Positions 42,620 to 63,071 of a stretch of 64,000 nucleotides of DNA are shown one piece after another (position 1 is the stretch's first letter; each line of letters starts with the position of its first letter). The position numbers were made by a program, and so were the translations under genes. The notes under the pieces were generated by a model, which did not search any database, had not been told where the DNA came from, and saw only the letters and a program-made list of their open reading frames with translations. The DNA is taken from the NCBI RefSeq assembly GCF_009914755.1, contig NC_060938.1; one strand, 5' to 3'. Origin of the DNA: the human T2T-CHM13v2.0 reference genome, Homo sapiens.

Positions 42620-43189
42620 CTAGAGAGACAAGAAGGAGATTGCAGGAGGTTCTGCCCAGGTGTCATAGCTCCTCAATCCAAACTTCCTCTAAGTGCAATC
42701 GGATTTTACTTTTAAATTAACAAGATAAATCATATATACACATGAATATATGTACGAGAAACAGAAATGCTAGGATTATAACAGCGATGGGCACTGACAT
42801 AACATGGAAAGTGAACTCTCTGCCTCAGTCCCCATTAGGCCAAGGTGGGAGACCAATCATCTATTTTGGAGGACTTTGTGAAAAATTTTAAAGCACCTTG
42901 GTATCTTCTCATTTAAAATGCTGAAGTAGGGAAAAGCATGATTTGGTTTGGAACAAGTCTTTCAGATCACAGACCCAAAGGGTCAATATTCATGATATGC
43001 AGTGAATCACACTTTAGAAAAGATCTGAGAGGTGGTCAGTAAACAGCACCACCAACACAATTTAAGAAGGTGAACTGACAGAGAAATTAAAACATTCACC
43101 TTGAAGTTTCAAAGGTATTATTACCTCTTCTGGGAAGCTTTCTGATGATCCTAGTCTGGATTTTTCTCTTTTCTACTGTACTTTTTTTA

Positions 43190-43455
43190 TAGGAGGGTTC
43201 AACAAATAGCCCATAGGCCAATTCTGGCCCACTGCCTGTTTTTGTAAATACAATTTTATTGGAACACAAGGATGCCCATTCATTATGTATTACTTGAAGC
43301 TGCTTTTTGTGCTACAATGTCAGAGTTGAGTAGTTGCAAAAGAGGCTGTACACATTTCTGTCTAAAATGGTCTAAAATAATTACTATGTGGCCTTTAATA
43401 GGAAAAGTCTAAAATAATTATGTAGCCTTTTATAGAAAAAGTTTCATGACCTTGG
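43190..43455. mobile_element. MER58-like hAT-Charlie DNA transposon fossil
   Basis: ggcccactgcctgtttttgtaaata...ttttattggaacaca...gagttgagtagttgc motif. Confidence 0.75.
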
Positions 43456-43730
43456 ATTATAGTTTTACTGAGGTATTTACCACAATGTCATTTTTACCAA
43501 GGTTAGGTGTACATGTGTTGCTTCCTCACTAGACTACCAGTATTACTTCTTTCTTATATTTAGAGCCTCTAACCTACCCTGCCAGTGTCATGAAAAACTG
43601 AATTTGAATTTTGGTATTTCTGAGGCAGAGGGAAAAGACAATCCCTTTAGAAAGGTGTTAGCCTGTCAGAAATGTGGAAGGGTAAATACCTTTCTGAGGC
43701 AACTCAGTTTAGTCTTGGGTTGAGGCTTTA

Positions 43731-44030
<300 letters not shown>

Positions 44031-44462
44031 CTATGTATATGAGAAAGAATCTCATTAGTCTGTTTGCAGTATTTGCTTCCTCCCAAATTCCCTTCTTTTT
44101 GCTATAGTTTTCCCTCTCTCATGACTTCAGCACCCTCTAGTGGGCAAGACAGTTGTGGTTAACAACATATCACAGCCTACCTGTGAAAAAACTGCCACCC
44201 CTTCATCAGAGAAACAGTGATGCAAAGGCAAACTCAAAGAACACAGGCTGGAGTTTCTGGTGTGTCACTCCAACACGCTTATTCTACACAGGCTATTCAG
44301 TGAGCTGGGACGCTCCAAGGATGTGTCAGTGAGGCTGGCTGCAACACTGCTGAAAGCTGAGGCTAAAGGTGCAGACAGAACAGCATGCTGCTTCCTCTGT
44401 TCACGCTCCTCAAATCACTAGCAAGTTTAGTCTTATTAGACAGGGAGCTTTAAACCTACAGA

Positions 44463-46258
<1,796 letters not shown>

Positions 46259-46658
46259 ATCCAACATTTTTACTTTCTGTATCTCAACTTTCATCAACCA
46301 TTTTCCTATTGTAAGGCATTCCAACTGCTCCAATATTCCATTTCTATAAATGACAGTATAAAATCTGTAAGCTTAATCTTTATATACATGTACTACAAAA
46401 ACTGCCATCAAGGTAGGTTATAGTAACTTATAATACATTCACTTAAGTAACAAGGGTATGAGAACATTTTTTATCTTTTTGGAAAGAAAAAAGGATTAGT
46501 GATTAGGCAATTTCTTTCCAGGTAGAAATCAGAAGGCTGGATTCAGGATGCACAACAGTTTACTAGGTACTTGGAAAACTGAGAGACCCTGACAGCTCTT
46601 TCTAGTTCCTGCAAAGGGCCACATATTTTATCCAAGTTACTTCTTCCAAAGGAATTAC

Positions 46659-46867
46659 CTTTCGAAGCCAGCCAGGACAGGAGCTGCTGGCCCCATTACT
46701 GTTCCCCATGGCCTCTGTGGGACTGATTAAACCTTCCATTCCTCGGTCTGCTTCCATTGTTCCTCGGAAGCCTCCACTTGGGTCAGGAGTTTCAGATTCC
46801 TGCTGACTGTCCTCTTCTTCACCACCGCCGCCCCCGCCGCCTCCTCCCGGGCTAGAGCTCTGAAACA
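46659..46867 (-). CDS. NEK9: NEK9 exon with poly-Gly/acidic linker (aa 745-814)
   Basis: 209 nt, [22 protein letters not shown]...CPGWLRK; canonical AG/GT. Confidence 0.95.
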
Positions 46868-47359
46868 CTGACAGATATACAGCACAGAAATAGACAGCTT
46901 TGCTATGCAGCAAGACAGATTTACCATTTGACAACCCTACTTACCCTGGAAAGGTGCCTATAAGCTGCATGAAGTGCAATGGCAACAGTGCAAGTCAAAT
47001 GTTAGGGACTAAATTTTTGGTTTTCATACAAACTATGTTTTGTAATTTTGTATAGTTGTATTTGTATATCAGGATGCTCATAATGATAATTCACTTCCAT
47101 TTACCAACTTTGTTTATCTTGTATCCATAGCAGGTTATCAATATTCTAAAAGCATTACCAAACAATCCCCCCAACCACAGCCCACCAAATCTAGCACCCA
47201 TGCTTACTCTGCTTCTTTAAGAGATACATTCAGATTCCAGCATCCTCCATAGACACTTATCTTATATAAAAAGGTCTTTAATATTTGAGCCAAACTCCTC
47301 TTAAAGTTGCCAGATAAACTTACCATTAACTCCCTGTCCGGGGAAAATCTGAATGTTGA

Positions 47360-47974
<615 letters not shown>

Positions 47975-48482
47975 TGAATATTACATTCTCTGACGACTAT
48001 CTGTATCCATTTTTATAATATAATGGCTGATTCTTTCATATCATACAGCATATTCCAAGCAACCTTAATGAAGACTAGCTGATGTGTGGTCAGGAAATGA
48101 AACTGAATTTTAATATGGGCCAAATAAAAATATAATTAAGAAGATTAATCTGTCAAAGTTAAAGAAAAATTGCCTGGTATTTTCTTTTTTTTTTTCTCTT
48201 ACTCCTCAGGGATCCTTGTTCTGATGCCTGGTATTTTCTGAGGCTAAATGTAAAGAAGGGTTAATTATCACCTGCTGTGCTGGCCTGGGGACTAACTGGG
48301 TCATGCTGAGATCCTACGGAAGCAGCAGAACTATAGTTACCAAAGTGAGTTCTGAAGCTTACTTTTTGTTTTAAATGGCTTTTTAAGATTATGCTGCATT
48401 TTAGATATACCTAAGACTATTTTAACATACGTGTAAATTTTCATGCCTAACAATAAACATAGGTCTATTTGCCACTAGAACT

Positions 48483-48682
48483 AGAATTGCACTATCCAAT
48501 ATGAGTTACTAGCCATATGTGCCCGCTTAAACTTAAAGAGAATTAAAAATTCAGTTCCTCAGTCACACAAGCCACTCTCTGGAGTGCTCAATAGCCACAG
48601 AAAGCTGGTAGCTACTATACTGAACAGCACCGATATGGAACATTTCCACTGTTGCAAAAAGATCTACTGGACACTGCTGAAC
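48483..48682. mobile_element. MER3-like hAT-Charlie fossil
   Basis: ctagccatatgtg...aaaaattcagttcctcagtcacac...gtgctcaatagccac...ctactggaca motifs. Confidence 0.75.
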
Positions 48683-48819
48683 TAGAGCATTACCTATATC
48701 ACTGTATTTGCCGTGTGAATTCCTTCCTTCTCTGGCCTCCTACCCAGATGAAACCATTCTGTTTAATTTTATATTTATCATTTCTTCTTAAAAACTTTAT
48801 CGCCTTTATGTATCCTTAA

Positions 48820-49080
<261 letters not shown>

Positions 49081-49664
49081 TGATCTGCCTGCCTTGGCCT
49101 CCCAAAGTGCTGGTGTTACAGGCGTGAGCCACCACACCCAGCCTATTTTACTTGTTTCTAAACTTTATAAAAAGGCATGTAGTCTGCTGCAACTTGCTTT
49201 TTACATTTCACATTATGGAAATATTTGGAGATGTTCACTTTCACTCCAATGGATGGTTATAACGCATTTAATCAACAAATAGTTACTGAGCATTTACCAT
49301 TTGCCAGGCACTGTTCTAGGGAAGTAGATAAAATTGATAAATAAAAAAGACAAAAATCCCTGCTCTTCCTCGAGTTTACATCTTCCCACCAATGGACATT
49401 TGCTTTTAATTTTATGTTTTTCCTTTAAATACTGTTCTAGTAAAACAAACTTGTAGTAGAACTGCTGTGCTTAGCGAAAGATCTTCAGTCAGTTTTGACA
49501 GATATTAATATACATAAACAGAGATGCCAAGCAATGGGCTACTTAACTATATATAATATGGTGTAATAAGTCAGTGTATATGTGTAAACTGAAGTTCAAC
49601 AAGTCTAGATCATGTTTTCAGCTGTTTCTTTTTGGAGGTTTAATCTGTTTGATTGACCGATTGT

Positions 49665-49842
49665 TTATGTATTTATTCATTTATTCGAGATAGGGTCTTG
49701 CTATGTTGCCCAGGCCGGATTGCAGTGGCTATTCATAGGCATGATGATAGTGCACTGTAACCTTGAACTCCTGGCCTCAAGTAATCCTCCTGACTCAGCT
49801 TCCTGAGTACCTGGGACTAACGGCTGTGCCACTGTGCTCAGC
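49665..49842 (-). mobile_element. FAM (fossil Alu monomer, 7SL-derived)
   Basis: Monomer retaining the 7SL-type gcctatgaatagccactgca segment that dimeric Alus lack. Confidence 0.8.
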
Positions 49843-49895
49843 TTTAATCTGCTTTTATTCTGGGTGTTTATGTGTTTTGATTCCAAACAATATCA

Positions 49896-50222
<327 letters not shown>

Positions 50223-50760
50223 CTACAGGGACTCTAGCAGGTAGAAAACCAAAAAGGAAAATAGATTCAATTTCCTAGCATGGTCCCCAATAATAGAGAA
50301 CCATGAAGACAGCAGTCAAAGGAAATCTATCAGAGATCTTTGGGATGATTCTCCTAACCACACTGAAAGTTTAGCCGAGTTTTATTCTGAGTGCCTGTTT
50401 TGGTGAACTATTTCTTTAGACTGGAATACCCCTGGGAATACCGTGGAAGTAGAGGACTCATTACCCCCTAGAATAGTAAGGAAAGGAATAATACATAAGT
50501 CATATTACAGTACTGGGCAAGCTACTTAATTACTTGCATATGCGTTGGAGGCAAAGATGATGTAGTGTCTCTCTGACCACAATGTAAAAGTTATAACTTA
50601 CTGCAAAACCAAACAAAATATGATCTTCTCTCTTAACCACTGTATTCCTCACTTCCCAAAGACATTTCCCATTTTCCTTTGGGTTTTGGAGTCTACATGG
50701 AATCTAACCAAAAGACCCACACTTCAGAAAACCACTGGTACCTGAAACATTGGTACTTAC

Positions 50761-50820
50761 CAGTTCCAATGGATAAGCCACTGCTATTGGAACGGATGGT
50801 CTTAGAATTCAATACTTTCT
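50761..50820 (-). CDS. NEK9: NEK9 60-nt exon
   Basis: (E)KVLNSKTIRSNSSGLSIGT(V); ttctcag| and |gtaagt; phase 1/1 fits both neighbours. Confidence 0.93.
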
Positions 50821-51484
50821 CTGAGAAAAAATATTTGGTAGGTAAGCACTGTATACTGATATAGGCAAGAAAAATGAGAGAAGACTAGGATAGGGAGATA
50901 ATTGCTCTCCTTGACTCCAGATAACTTTAGAACTATAACTTACAGTTTTAGAAATTAGTATCATAAGCTAAGCACCACTTGCTATTCTAAGTATATTCAC
51001 TATCTACATTAGCAACTGTCTGCCTTGGCTGGTCACTGGAATCACCTGGGAAGTTTTAAAAAGTAACCATGTGTTTGAGACCAGCCTAGGCAACATGGCA
51101 AAACCCAATCTCTAAAAAAAAATGCAAAGCTAGCCAGGTGTGGTGGCACTGGCCTGTAGTCCCAGCTACTTGGGAGGCTCAGGTGAGAGGATCAATTGAG
51201 CCTGGGAGAGCGAAACTACAGTGAGCTGTGTCTGTGCCACTGCACTCTACTCTGGGTAACAGAGTGAGACTCTGTCTCAAAATTTAAAAAAAGGAAGTAA
51301 CATTGCATAGGTCTGTAGGTTCCACCCCAGAGATTCTGATTTAATTGGTCAGGGATAGGGTCTGGACCGTGGTATTCTTAAAAGCTTCTTGGCCGGGTTC
51401 AGTGGCTCATGTCTGTAATCTCAGCACTTTGGGAGGCCGAGGCAGGCAGATCATGAGGTCAGGAGTTCAAGACCAGCCTGGCTA

Positions 51485-51760
<276 letters not shown>

Positions 51761-51861
51761 TTACACAGGCATTTATAAAGTAGTTCCTAACAAAGTAATC
51801 TTTATGCAGAAAGTGCTTATAATTTAAAGTTTCTTTTAAAGGATGTACTGAATGTTTCTCA

Positions 51862-52058
<197 letters not shown>

Positions 52059-52452
52059 TCAGGCGTGGTGGTAGGCACCTATAGTCCAAGCTACTTGGGA
52101 GGCTGAGGCAAGAGAATTTGCTTGAACCCAAGAGGCGGAGGTTGCAGTGAGCCGAGATCACACCATAGCACTCCAGCCTGGGCGAAAAGAGTGAAACTCC
52201 AACTCAAAAAAAAGACAAAAAAAAAACAACCAAAAAAATCAATTCTAAGGGGGCAGGCAGAGCCCAAACTTATATTAAAAAATAATCAAGAGATGGCAGA
52301 TAGCAAAGCTCCAGGAAATGACAATGTTCTGTTCCCACCACTAGGCATGGCATCCTTGACCATTACAAGACTTACAGAAATGGCTTCTTCAGGACATTTC
52401 TGTTTCCAACAATGTGACTAACAGTACTCAGATGTGGGTCCATCCTCTGTCA

Positions 52453-52686
<234 letters not shown>

Positions 52687-52857
52687 TTAACAGAACACTG
52701 GCTTCCCAATTCTCCGGGTTCCCCATCTTTATATCCTAGAGCTAGAAAGACTTCCCACTATGTACTAAACAAGGGAAAGCTGTTTATTCTCCTATATAAA
52801 GCTTAAACTCTTCCTGATTCCACTTGGGTAAAAATGCCCACTCTTCCTATGTACTGC

Positions 52858-53950
52858 CATTCACTCATTCATTCATCCAATCATTCACCTTTTTCTTCAA
52901 CAACTTTTTATTGGTCATTCATTCAAACAGTGACTGAACATCTATTTCATGACAGGTACTGCATGGGGTGATAGAGCAGTGAACAAAACCAAGTCCTTGC
53001 CCTGTGGAACTGACATTCTAGTAGGGGAGACTGATAATAATAAATATACACCTAATATTTAAGGTGGTGATAAATGCTATGAAGATAAATGGTGGAGAAA
53101 AATAAGTGGAAACAAAGAGTAACAGTGGGGTGGGATATCATTATTTTAGATAGGGTAGGTCAGAGGAGTTCTGACACTTGAACAGAGATCTACTGGAGTG
53201 ACGAAGAGTTTCCAGGCAGAGAGAAGAGCAACAGCAAAAGTAATGTCAGCAGCACAAACAAGGAACAAGGAGACCCCTGCAGCTAGAACAAAGTAAAGGA
53301 AGGGACGGAATAACAGAAGGGGTCAGGAGGTGGCTGAGGTCCTTCTCACATAGGGCCAGTCGGGCCACTGTGATGACTCTGGCACTTACTGACTGATAGA
53401 GGAAACCACTGGAGGTTTTGAGCAGTAGTTATTTAAGAGAATCCCTCTGTCTACTGAGGAGAACTGATGGCAGGGGAGCAAGGATGGAAGCAGGGAGACC
53501 AGTTGTAGTGGAGATGGTGAGAAGTGGTTGGATTTATTCTGAAGATAACCAATATGGATGGGATGTGGAGTGTAGGAGGAAGTTGCCATTTACTGAGACA
53601 GGAAGGCTGCAGGAGGTACAGATCTGGGCAGAAAATCAGAAGTTTGATTTTGAGTATACTAAGTTTGTCTGAGATGCCTATAACTTCTTATCCAAATCAG
53701 GCTTTTAAAAAAAAATGAAACAGGGTGGCTATTAATCATTAAGCCAGGACAACAGGCATGAAGGCATGAATCAGGATTGGTCTAAGATAACTGGGTTATA
53801 TGGCCCACCCTAAATTTAGACATCAAGTTGAGGAGCTGTTGAATAAATGAGTCTGAAGGTCAAGCCTGGTGATATAAAGCAGTCAATGTATAGGGGGAAT
53901 TTAAGGGAACGAGCTCACTTTGGAGAGACAAGTGAGCCTTGGGGTACTCC
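52858..53950 (-). mobile_element. L2 LINE fragment
   Basis: cattcattcat terminal repeat followed by typical L2 3' sequence. Confidence 0.75.
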
Positions 53951-54507
53951 AGGACTTAGAAGACTAGGCTGCTGCTATTATAGCACCTAACACCTGCCTG
54001 TGCTAGTCCCCTATTCTACTAGAGTGTGAGCTCCTTGAAAGCAGGAGTTTTCTGAGACTCATTTCTATATTCCTAGAGCCTAAAAGAGGACTTGGACATG
54101 AATGAGGCCATCAAGTACAGTTCAGAGGAGTATAGGAACATCAAGAGGTAATATGCCCAGCCACAGAATCCAAATTTACATTCCTCATTCTGAAGTTAAA
54201 GTCATGAACTACACAGATCTATTCAAGAAACATGAGCTCTCTGAAGCCCTGTCAGAAAGTGCTACTGCAGTTGCTGCACTAAATTTATCTTCAGTGACAT
54301 CCTGACTGTCCTGTGTAACGTTTCCATTTATCCAAGTCTGACCTAAACAGTTTGCTCCTTAAAGTCCCTTATTTTGGGACAAGCAGAGAGAGTTAATGTG
54401 CTGTTCTGAATGCTGGTTTATTTAAATATGGTAACAGATCACAATATCCCTGAGACCCCTCATGAGTACAGAACAGGCATGGACCAAAAGAAAACAAGGA
54501 TATCTCA

Positions 54508-55861
<1,354 letters not shown>

Positions 55862-56374
55862 TCAGAGAAAAGAGAGGAGAAAAATCAATTAGACCAACTC
55901 AGAAATCTGAGAGATACATAATATAGCGGAAAGCAGCCCTTCAAACCTTAGCAGTCCCTATGGACATCACTGCAGTACAGGTGACCCCAGCCAACAGAGA
56001 AAATATGCTGTTCTCTCCAGCTACCCAATCAATGTTTACTGAAATCAATCAACAAGATACTGGGCAAGTTATATAGAAGTACTTAATAATTCTTATAACA
56101 TTTTACCAAAAAAGTGAAAGCTGAAATGAAAAAAGGAGGAATGTAGAACATTAACCTATCATTATCTAGAAATCTGGCCTTTAAAAACAATCACTATGTT
56201 GAACACATGAAAAGTTAATAAAGCTCAATATATATAACCGGCCACCAATTTAATACAAATAAAAAAGTACATCCACAATTCAGCTATACAAATAACTAGT
56301 CCATTTCTTTCCCAGCCAAGAACTGAAACACAGCCATGTGTCCAGAAAGCTTGAAATGATATGTACAGACTCAC

Positions 56375-56536
56375 CATCAGTGGCAGCAATGGTAAACTCA
56401 TCACCGCAGGAGACCCTGATCACTTGCTTCCCACCAAGGGGTCCCCCCAACAGGTTGATTCCCAGACGCTTCTTGTAGTTCCCAACGCCCAGCTGCCCAC
56501 ACTTGTTGCAGCCAAAGGTCAGCAGCCGGCCTCGCT
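56375..56536 (-). CDS. NEK9: NEK9 exon, RCC1-like repeat
   Basis: 162 nt, [16 protein letters not shown]...[13 protein letters not shown]. Confidence 0.95.
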
Positions 56537-57039
56537 CTGAGAGAGAAGCAAAAAGAAATAACAAGGCACAAATGAGTCCTGGAACCCAGAGAAGATGCAG
56601 CCAAGCAGACTTCATGGATTAGCTTCCGGTTGTTAGAATATACAAATATAAAACTAGCCACATGATCCTGGACCTAGGACAAATACAGTATCTAGGCACT
56701 ATAACCAATTAGATCCAGTCAGCGACTCGATATTGTATTCTCTCTCCAGTACTGTATTTGTAGTGAGAAAAATGAGTACTACCTTAGAATACTTATAAAA
56801 GGTGCTAATCAGAGACAGCAGATGTCTGGAATCATAGGTGTGGTGTTCTCATAAAAGGATGTATTTATTATGCATTTATAATAATTATCAATAAAAATAT
56901 GTACCTGAATACATTAATGAAATAATACTAGATTTTCAGGGGAAATCGGGATGATATACATATAAAGAAAACCTAATACCTGATAGAATAAAAGAGGCTC
57001 AGCTACTAAGGCATGTGATACAGTTGTAAATCAACTTAC

Positions 57040-57148
57040 CATCAATAGCAGCTGTGTGAGTCTTGCCTGGGGCAATGGTACGGATCTTATAAAAGGACAA
57101 CTGTTTGGCCAAGGTAAAGGACGTTGTGTAGGGAACTTCATGGTATGC
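57040..57148 (-). CDS. NEK9: NEK9 exon, RCC1-like repeat
   Basis: 109 nt, [11 protein letters not shown]...GKTHTAAID. Confidence 0.95.
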
Positions 57149-57626
57149 CTGAAACAAAATAAAACACAAAGCAGATGCATGAGGTAAGAAAATCGAAGGA
57201 AAATCAGGCTGAGAATGGAAAAAAGTCCTGGTGACCAAAAGGCCTTTCAAGTAAGTTATATTACTAAGAAGAGGGTGCCAGGTAGTTTTCCATCTCCAAC
57301 AGAAAACAAGAGGAAATAAGCTGAATATGTAATCAGAGAATGCAGCACATGAGGCAGAACTTTCTGACAACCAAAGTTTTAGATTCTGACTTAGGGTTTA
57401 TAAAACATGAACTTTCCATCCCAGAAGGTATTTATATAAGGAGAGAATCGTTGACATTTACCTTGGTTATACACTCTGCATATCTAACAAGGGCAGGGCA
57501 AAGAATTAAAGTCCTGAGGACTGTCTCCAGCCCATAAAGGAATCAGCTTACTGTGATCTAATTTCATCTATAGGGTAGTGTTTCTCAACTTAATTAAAAC
57601 TCATGTTCCCTTTGAATTAGTATTAA

Positions 57627-58034
<408 letters not shown>

Positions 58035-58240
58035 AACTGAATATTTCTTTTCAAACTACAAAGACACTCTCTCCAGCCTTGCCCTGAATTTGTACTCTCC
58101 TAATTGAAAATCACTACTTTAGAGATTGCTTAAAAATTAATTCTTACCTTTTTCATTGAGTCAGAAAACTTCTGTCTCTTAATTTTATTCTTTGGAAAAT
58201 GACAAAACTCATTATATTAACACAAAAAGGAAACTAAGAC

Positions 58241-58591
58241 GCAGCCATAAAAAAGGATGAGTTAATGTCCTTTGTAGGGATATGGATGAATCTGGAAACC
58301 ATCATTCTCAGTAAACTATTGCAAGGACAAAAAATCAAACACCGCATGTTCTCACTCATAGGTGGGAATTGAACAATGAGAACACCTGGACACAGGAAGG
58401 GGAACATCACACACCGGGGCCTGTCATAGGGTGGGGGAAGGGGGGAGGGATAGCATTAGGCGATATACCTAATGTAAATGACGAGTTAATGGGTACAGCA
58501 CACCAACATGGCGTATGTATACATATGTAACAAACCTGCACGTTGTGCACATGTACCCTAGAACTTAAAAGTATAATAAAAAAAAAAAAAA
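58241..58591 (+). mobile_element. 5'-truncated primate L1PA (about PA4-PA6) 3' end with poly-A and 17-bp TSD
   Basis: Canonical L1 3'UTR with G-rich tract; TSD aaaaaggaaactaagac at 58224-58240 and 58587-58603. Confidence 0.95.
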
Positions 58592-59180
58592 GGAAACTAA
58601 GACAATATCAGTGGTGAATTTGCTAACATTTTTGAAGACAGAATGGTAATTACATTCGATAAGCCTAAACAGGATCAGTGATTTGGGAGAAATCTAAAAA
58701 ACTCCAATCAATCAAAAAAACTCCAGGAAGGTGATGCATGGAAATATGTTTTTTTTTATAACATTAATTTGCTTGTTCCTATTTCAATAAGGTAAAAGCT
58801 GAATTTCATCATTTTATTCTTTGTAATCAATTTATTTGTTGAAGTATAACACACTGCAAAATATCACACAGCTTGACACATTTTTCTATATACATATACT
58901 GGTAAAACCATTACAGATCAAGATATAGACCATTCCCATTACTCTAGGATCCCTTCCACCTCTTCTGTTAATATCCCTCCTTCAATAAGTAGCCACAGTT
59001 TTGATTTCTGCCAGTATAAGTTAATTTTGCCTGTTCTTAAATTTTACACAGATAGAGCTATATAGCATGTACTCTTTGTGGCTGGCTTCTTTTTCTGCAC
59101 ACAATGCCTATGAGACCATAACTAAAGTCAAATTCCATGGTCACTAACCAATAATGGCATCTCAAAGAAATTCCAACCTA

Positions 59181-59453
<273 letters not shown>

Positions 59454-61333
59454 TCAAAAGAGACATGCTGCATTTAGCAGAATGACTACAGGAAAGTGAG
59501 GACTGCTCTATTCTTTTCAGGTTTGCCCAGTGTCTTAGAGACTACTTTTTCTTTTTTTTTTTTTTGAGATAGAGTTTCCCTCTTTTGCCCAGGCTGGAGT
59601 GAAGTCGTGCGATCTTAGCTCACCGCAATCTCTGCCTCCCAGGTTCAAGCGACTTCTCCTGTCTCAGCCTCCCAAATAGCTGGGATGACAGGTGCATGCC
59701 ACCACGCCCAGCTAATTTTTGTATTTTTATTAGAGATGAGGTTTTGCCACGTAGGCCAGGCTGGTCTCGAACTCCTGACCTCAGGTGATCTACCCACCTT
59801 GGCCTCCCAAAGTGCTGGGATTACAGGTGTGAGCCATCACGCCTGGCTGAGACTACTATTTTCTTTTCTTCTTTTTTTTTTTTGAGGTGGAGTCTTGCTC
59901 TGTCGCCCAGGCTGGAATGCAGTGGTATGATCTCAGCACACTGCAACCTCTGCCTCCCAGGTTCAAAGCGATTCTCCTGCCTCAGCCTCTTGAGTAGCTG
60001 GGATTAAAGGCGTGTGCCACCATGCCCAGTTAATTTTTGTGTTTTTAGTAGAGACAGGGTTTCACCATGTTGGCCAGGCTGGTCTCGAACTCCTGACCTC
60101 AAGTGATTTGCCCGCCTCGGCCTCCCAAAGTGCTGGGATTACAGGCGTGAGCCATTGTGCTCGGTCAAGGCTACTGTTGTCAACGAAGAGCTCAAGTTTT
60201 ACAATATCAAAGAAAAGGTGACAGTTCCAGGTCAACTAAACAAGACAGCACCCTCTCAGTTTGTCTTAGTAATAGGTCCTACTTAGGGTGACCTGTCAAA
60301 AAGTTGAGAAAGAAGCTTCAATTCATTGCTGATTTTGTCCTTTGAGATGGAAGGCTGCTTGACAGTTACAGAAATTCAGTAGCCCTGTGGGGTCCCAATC
60401 TGGTCATTTTATAGGAGAGGTGACAGAGTACTGAGGTAATATCTAGGACTTCCAAATGCTCATATCTTTTTACAGCTAACTAGACAGGACTGGAGAAGGT
60501 GGGGTGATGCATGTGTGGGGTCACAATGGATGTGTGTAAAACCTGAAACCTCAACCCTCAGTTTCTGCCACAGCCTTTCCAGGAGAAAAGGAACAGCTGG
60601 GAATCCCATTGAGGATGGTCCCTAGAAATGCATAATAATTTAATTTTTAAAATATAAATAAAAACTGGTTTGGCTAAAAGTTCCCAAGGAAAGAAAAAAA
60701 AAAAAGAAAACAGAAAACCCAAAACACTGCTAACAATAAATGGTATAGCTGATTTAGCCAACCCTCCAATGGGTAAGCCTGTGCCCTAGGGTAGGTGGGA
60801 GAGATGTGACTGTGCTTTTCCCCCAGCTGGTATCAGCCTCTGTGAGCCTCTCACAGGGCCAGCTCTGGCAAGGCTGAGAGTAATTAGATAATATGTTTCA
60901 TGCAACATGACCGCTAAACAAAAACAACTATTAATATTTCATCTGGTGGTCAACTGTAGAAACAGGAGAGGAAAATGGCTGTGTTGGGTTAAGAGACAGT
61001 ATACTGCTTTACAGTATCTTCTCGAGTTTTCCAGGGTATTTGTAGCTATATGTGACTTTTCTGCTGTACACGCTGATTTTAGCTGTCATCCCTGAGTAAG
61101 ATGTGACTTCACAATGTCCACAGTCGCTGTATCCACTTTCTCAATTTTCTGTGATTTGGTCAGATGACAAGACCACAGGGTGCTAAATCAGGAATCCTAA
61201 ATTGTCAGTCTCCCAAACAGGAAACACTTCGGAAATAAACACCTTGATACAACAGAGCCAAGGAAAGAGGACATATTATTGGAGTCTGTGCGACTTAAGA
61301 TAGGTTTTAGAAATAAGTTGCTTCTGATTTTAC

Positions 61334-61380
61334 CTTTTGTGGTGTATAATAATCCTCTTCTGAATCCAAACCCAGTCGTC
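61334..61380 (-). CDS. NEK9: NEK9 47-nt exon
   Basis: (G)RLGLDSEEDYYTPQK; tttcag| and AAG|gtaaaa; restores phase between the flanking exons. Confidence 0.93.
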
Positions 61381-61528
61381 CTGAAACACACATAAGAATG
61401 AAAATCATTATAATGAGGGCTTCCTTCCCAGTGAATAGGTTCTGTAAGATTCTCTTTTGCCAGGTGCGGTGGCTCACACCTGTAATCCCAGCACTTTGGG
61501 AGGCCGAGGCAGGTGGATCATGAGGTCA

Positions 61529-61780
<252 letters not shown>

Positions 61781-61885
61781 TTAACACTTCTCATTTAGGG
61801 GCTGCATGATGGGTTTAGATGCATACAACTTTGAAGTCAGGTTGTATACCTGTGAAGAAGTGGACAGAGACAAGGCTACCCCTAC

Positions 61886-62086
61886 CATATTCGCCACAGC
61901 CCCAAGAATAGACTTCCTTGTTTCGTGTCAGAACCACCACATGATTATCTCCACAGGAGACCTGCTCCACTGGATTGCTGAGGAAGAAGTTCAGCTGCAT
62001 GGGTTCTAGCACTTCAGGGCCAGCAACTTTGTCCACCCCCATGCAGCCATAATAATCTGATCCGAAGGCATAGAGCTGACCCTCAT
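61886..62086 (-). CDS. NEK9: NEK9 exon, RCC1-like repeat
   Basis: 201 nt, [16 protein letters not shown]...VYSWGCGEY. Confidence 0.95.
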
Positions 62087-62726
62087 CTGCAAAAGAAAGG
62101 AAAACAGAATCCATCAAAGGACTGACTTATTTTATCTAATCAGAAAGTTGGGCAGGGCTGGAATGAGGACTACCCCAGCAAATGATCTCACATGAATTGA
62201 TTATATCCAAGAAATTAAAAGGACAGACTGTGCAAGTCTAGAGTTCTATGTCAGAGAGTCATGTGTACTACTACTACTATATTAAACAATTTAAAAAGTG
62301 GTAGCATTATCACATTAAAAGGACTTAAAATTTTAATGGGGCCATCTTTGTTATATAGATAAAAAAATAAGTCCCAAGGAATCATTAACTAAGTAATGAC
62401 AAGACCAAAACTAAACTTAGGTCTTGATCCTAATTTTGTGTTATCCATAGCCTGATGAGGTGGTAAGATTATTTTTCCTGCCAACCACGACACACATTTT
62501 CTCCTGATCCCACCTCTTCTCTGTTACCCACCTGTCTTCTCCTTGCTCACCACCCCCTAATACTATAGCAAATTTGGTATGTTATTATTAATGAGTATAT
62601 TTGCTCAAGGTCCTCTGGTTCTTTGTATACTGTCTTTTGTTTTAAAATCCCAACTAAGATTGCACAGCATTAAGCAAAATACCCCCACATTAAATGCACT
62701 TAAGACACTTTCTGCTGATGGCTTAC

Positions 62727-62871
62727 CAGTCACACAGACAGTGAAATCATCACCACATGACACCTGATGGATAGCTTTGCCTTGCAACTTTTCCACATGC
62801 TTTGGCTGTCGATAGGAGGCTTTGTCTCCATGGCCCAGCTGACCATGGAGTTTAGTGCCTCCTTGCATGTT
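62727..62871 (-). CDS. NEK9: NEK9 exon (aa 395-442), RCC1-like repeat; the kinase exons lie beyond the window
   Basis: 145 nt, [16 protein letters not shown]...[12 protein letters not shown]; residue numbers back-calculated from a 979-aa protein. Confidence 0.95.
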
Positions 62872-62882
62872 CTGTGAAATAA

Positions 62883-63071
<189 letters not shown>

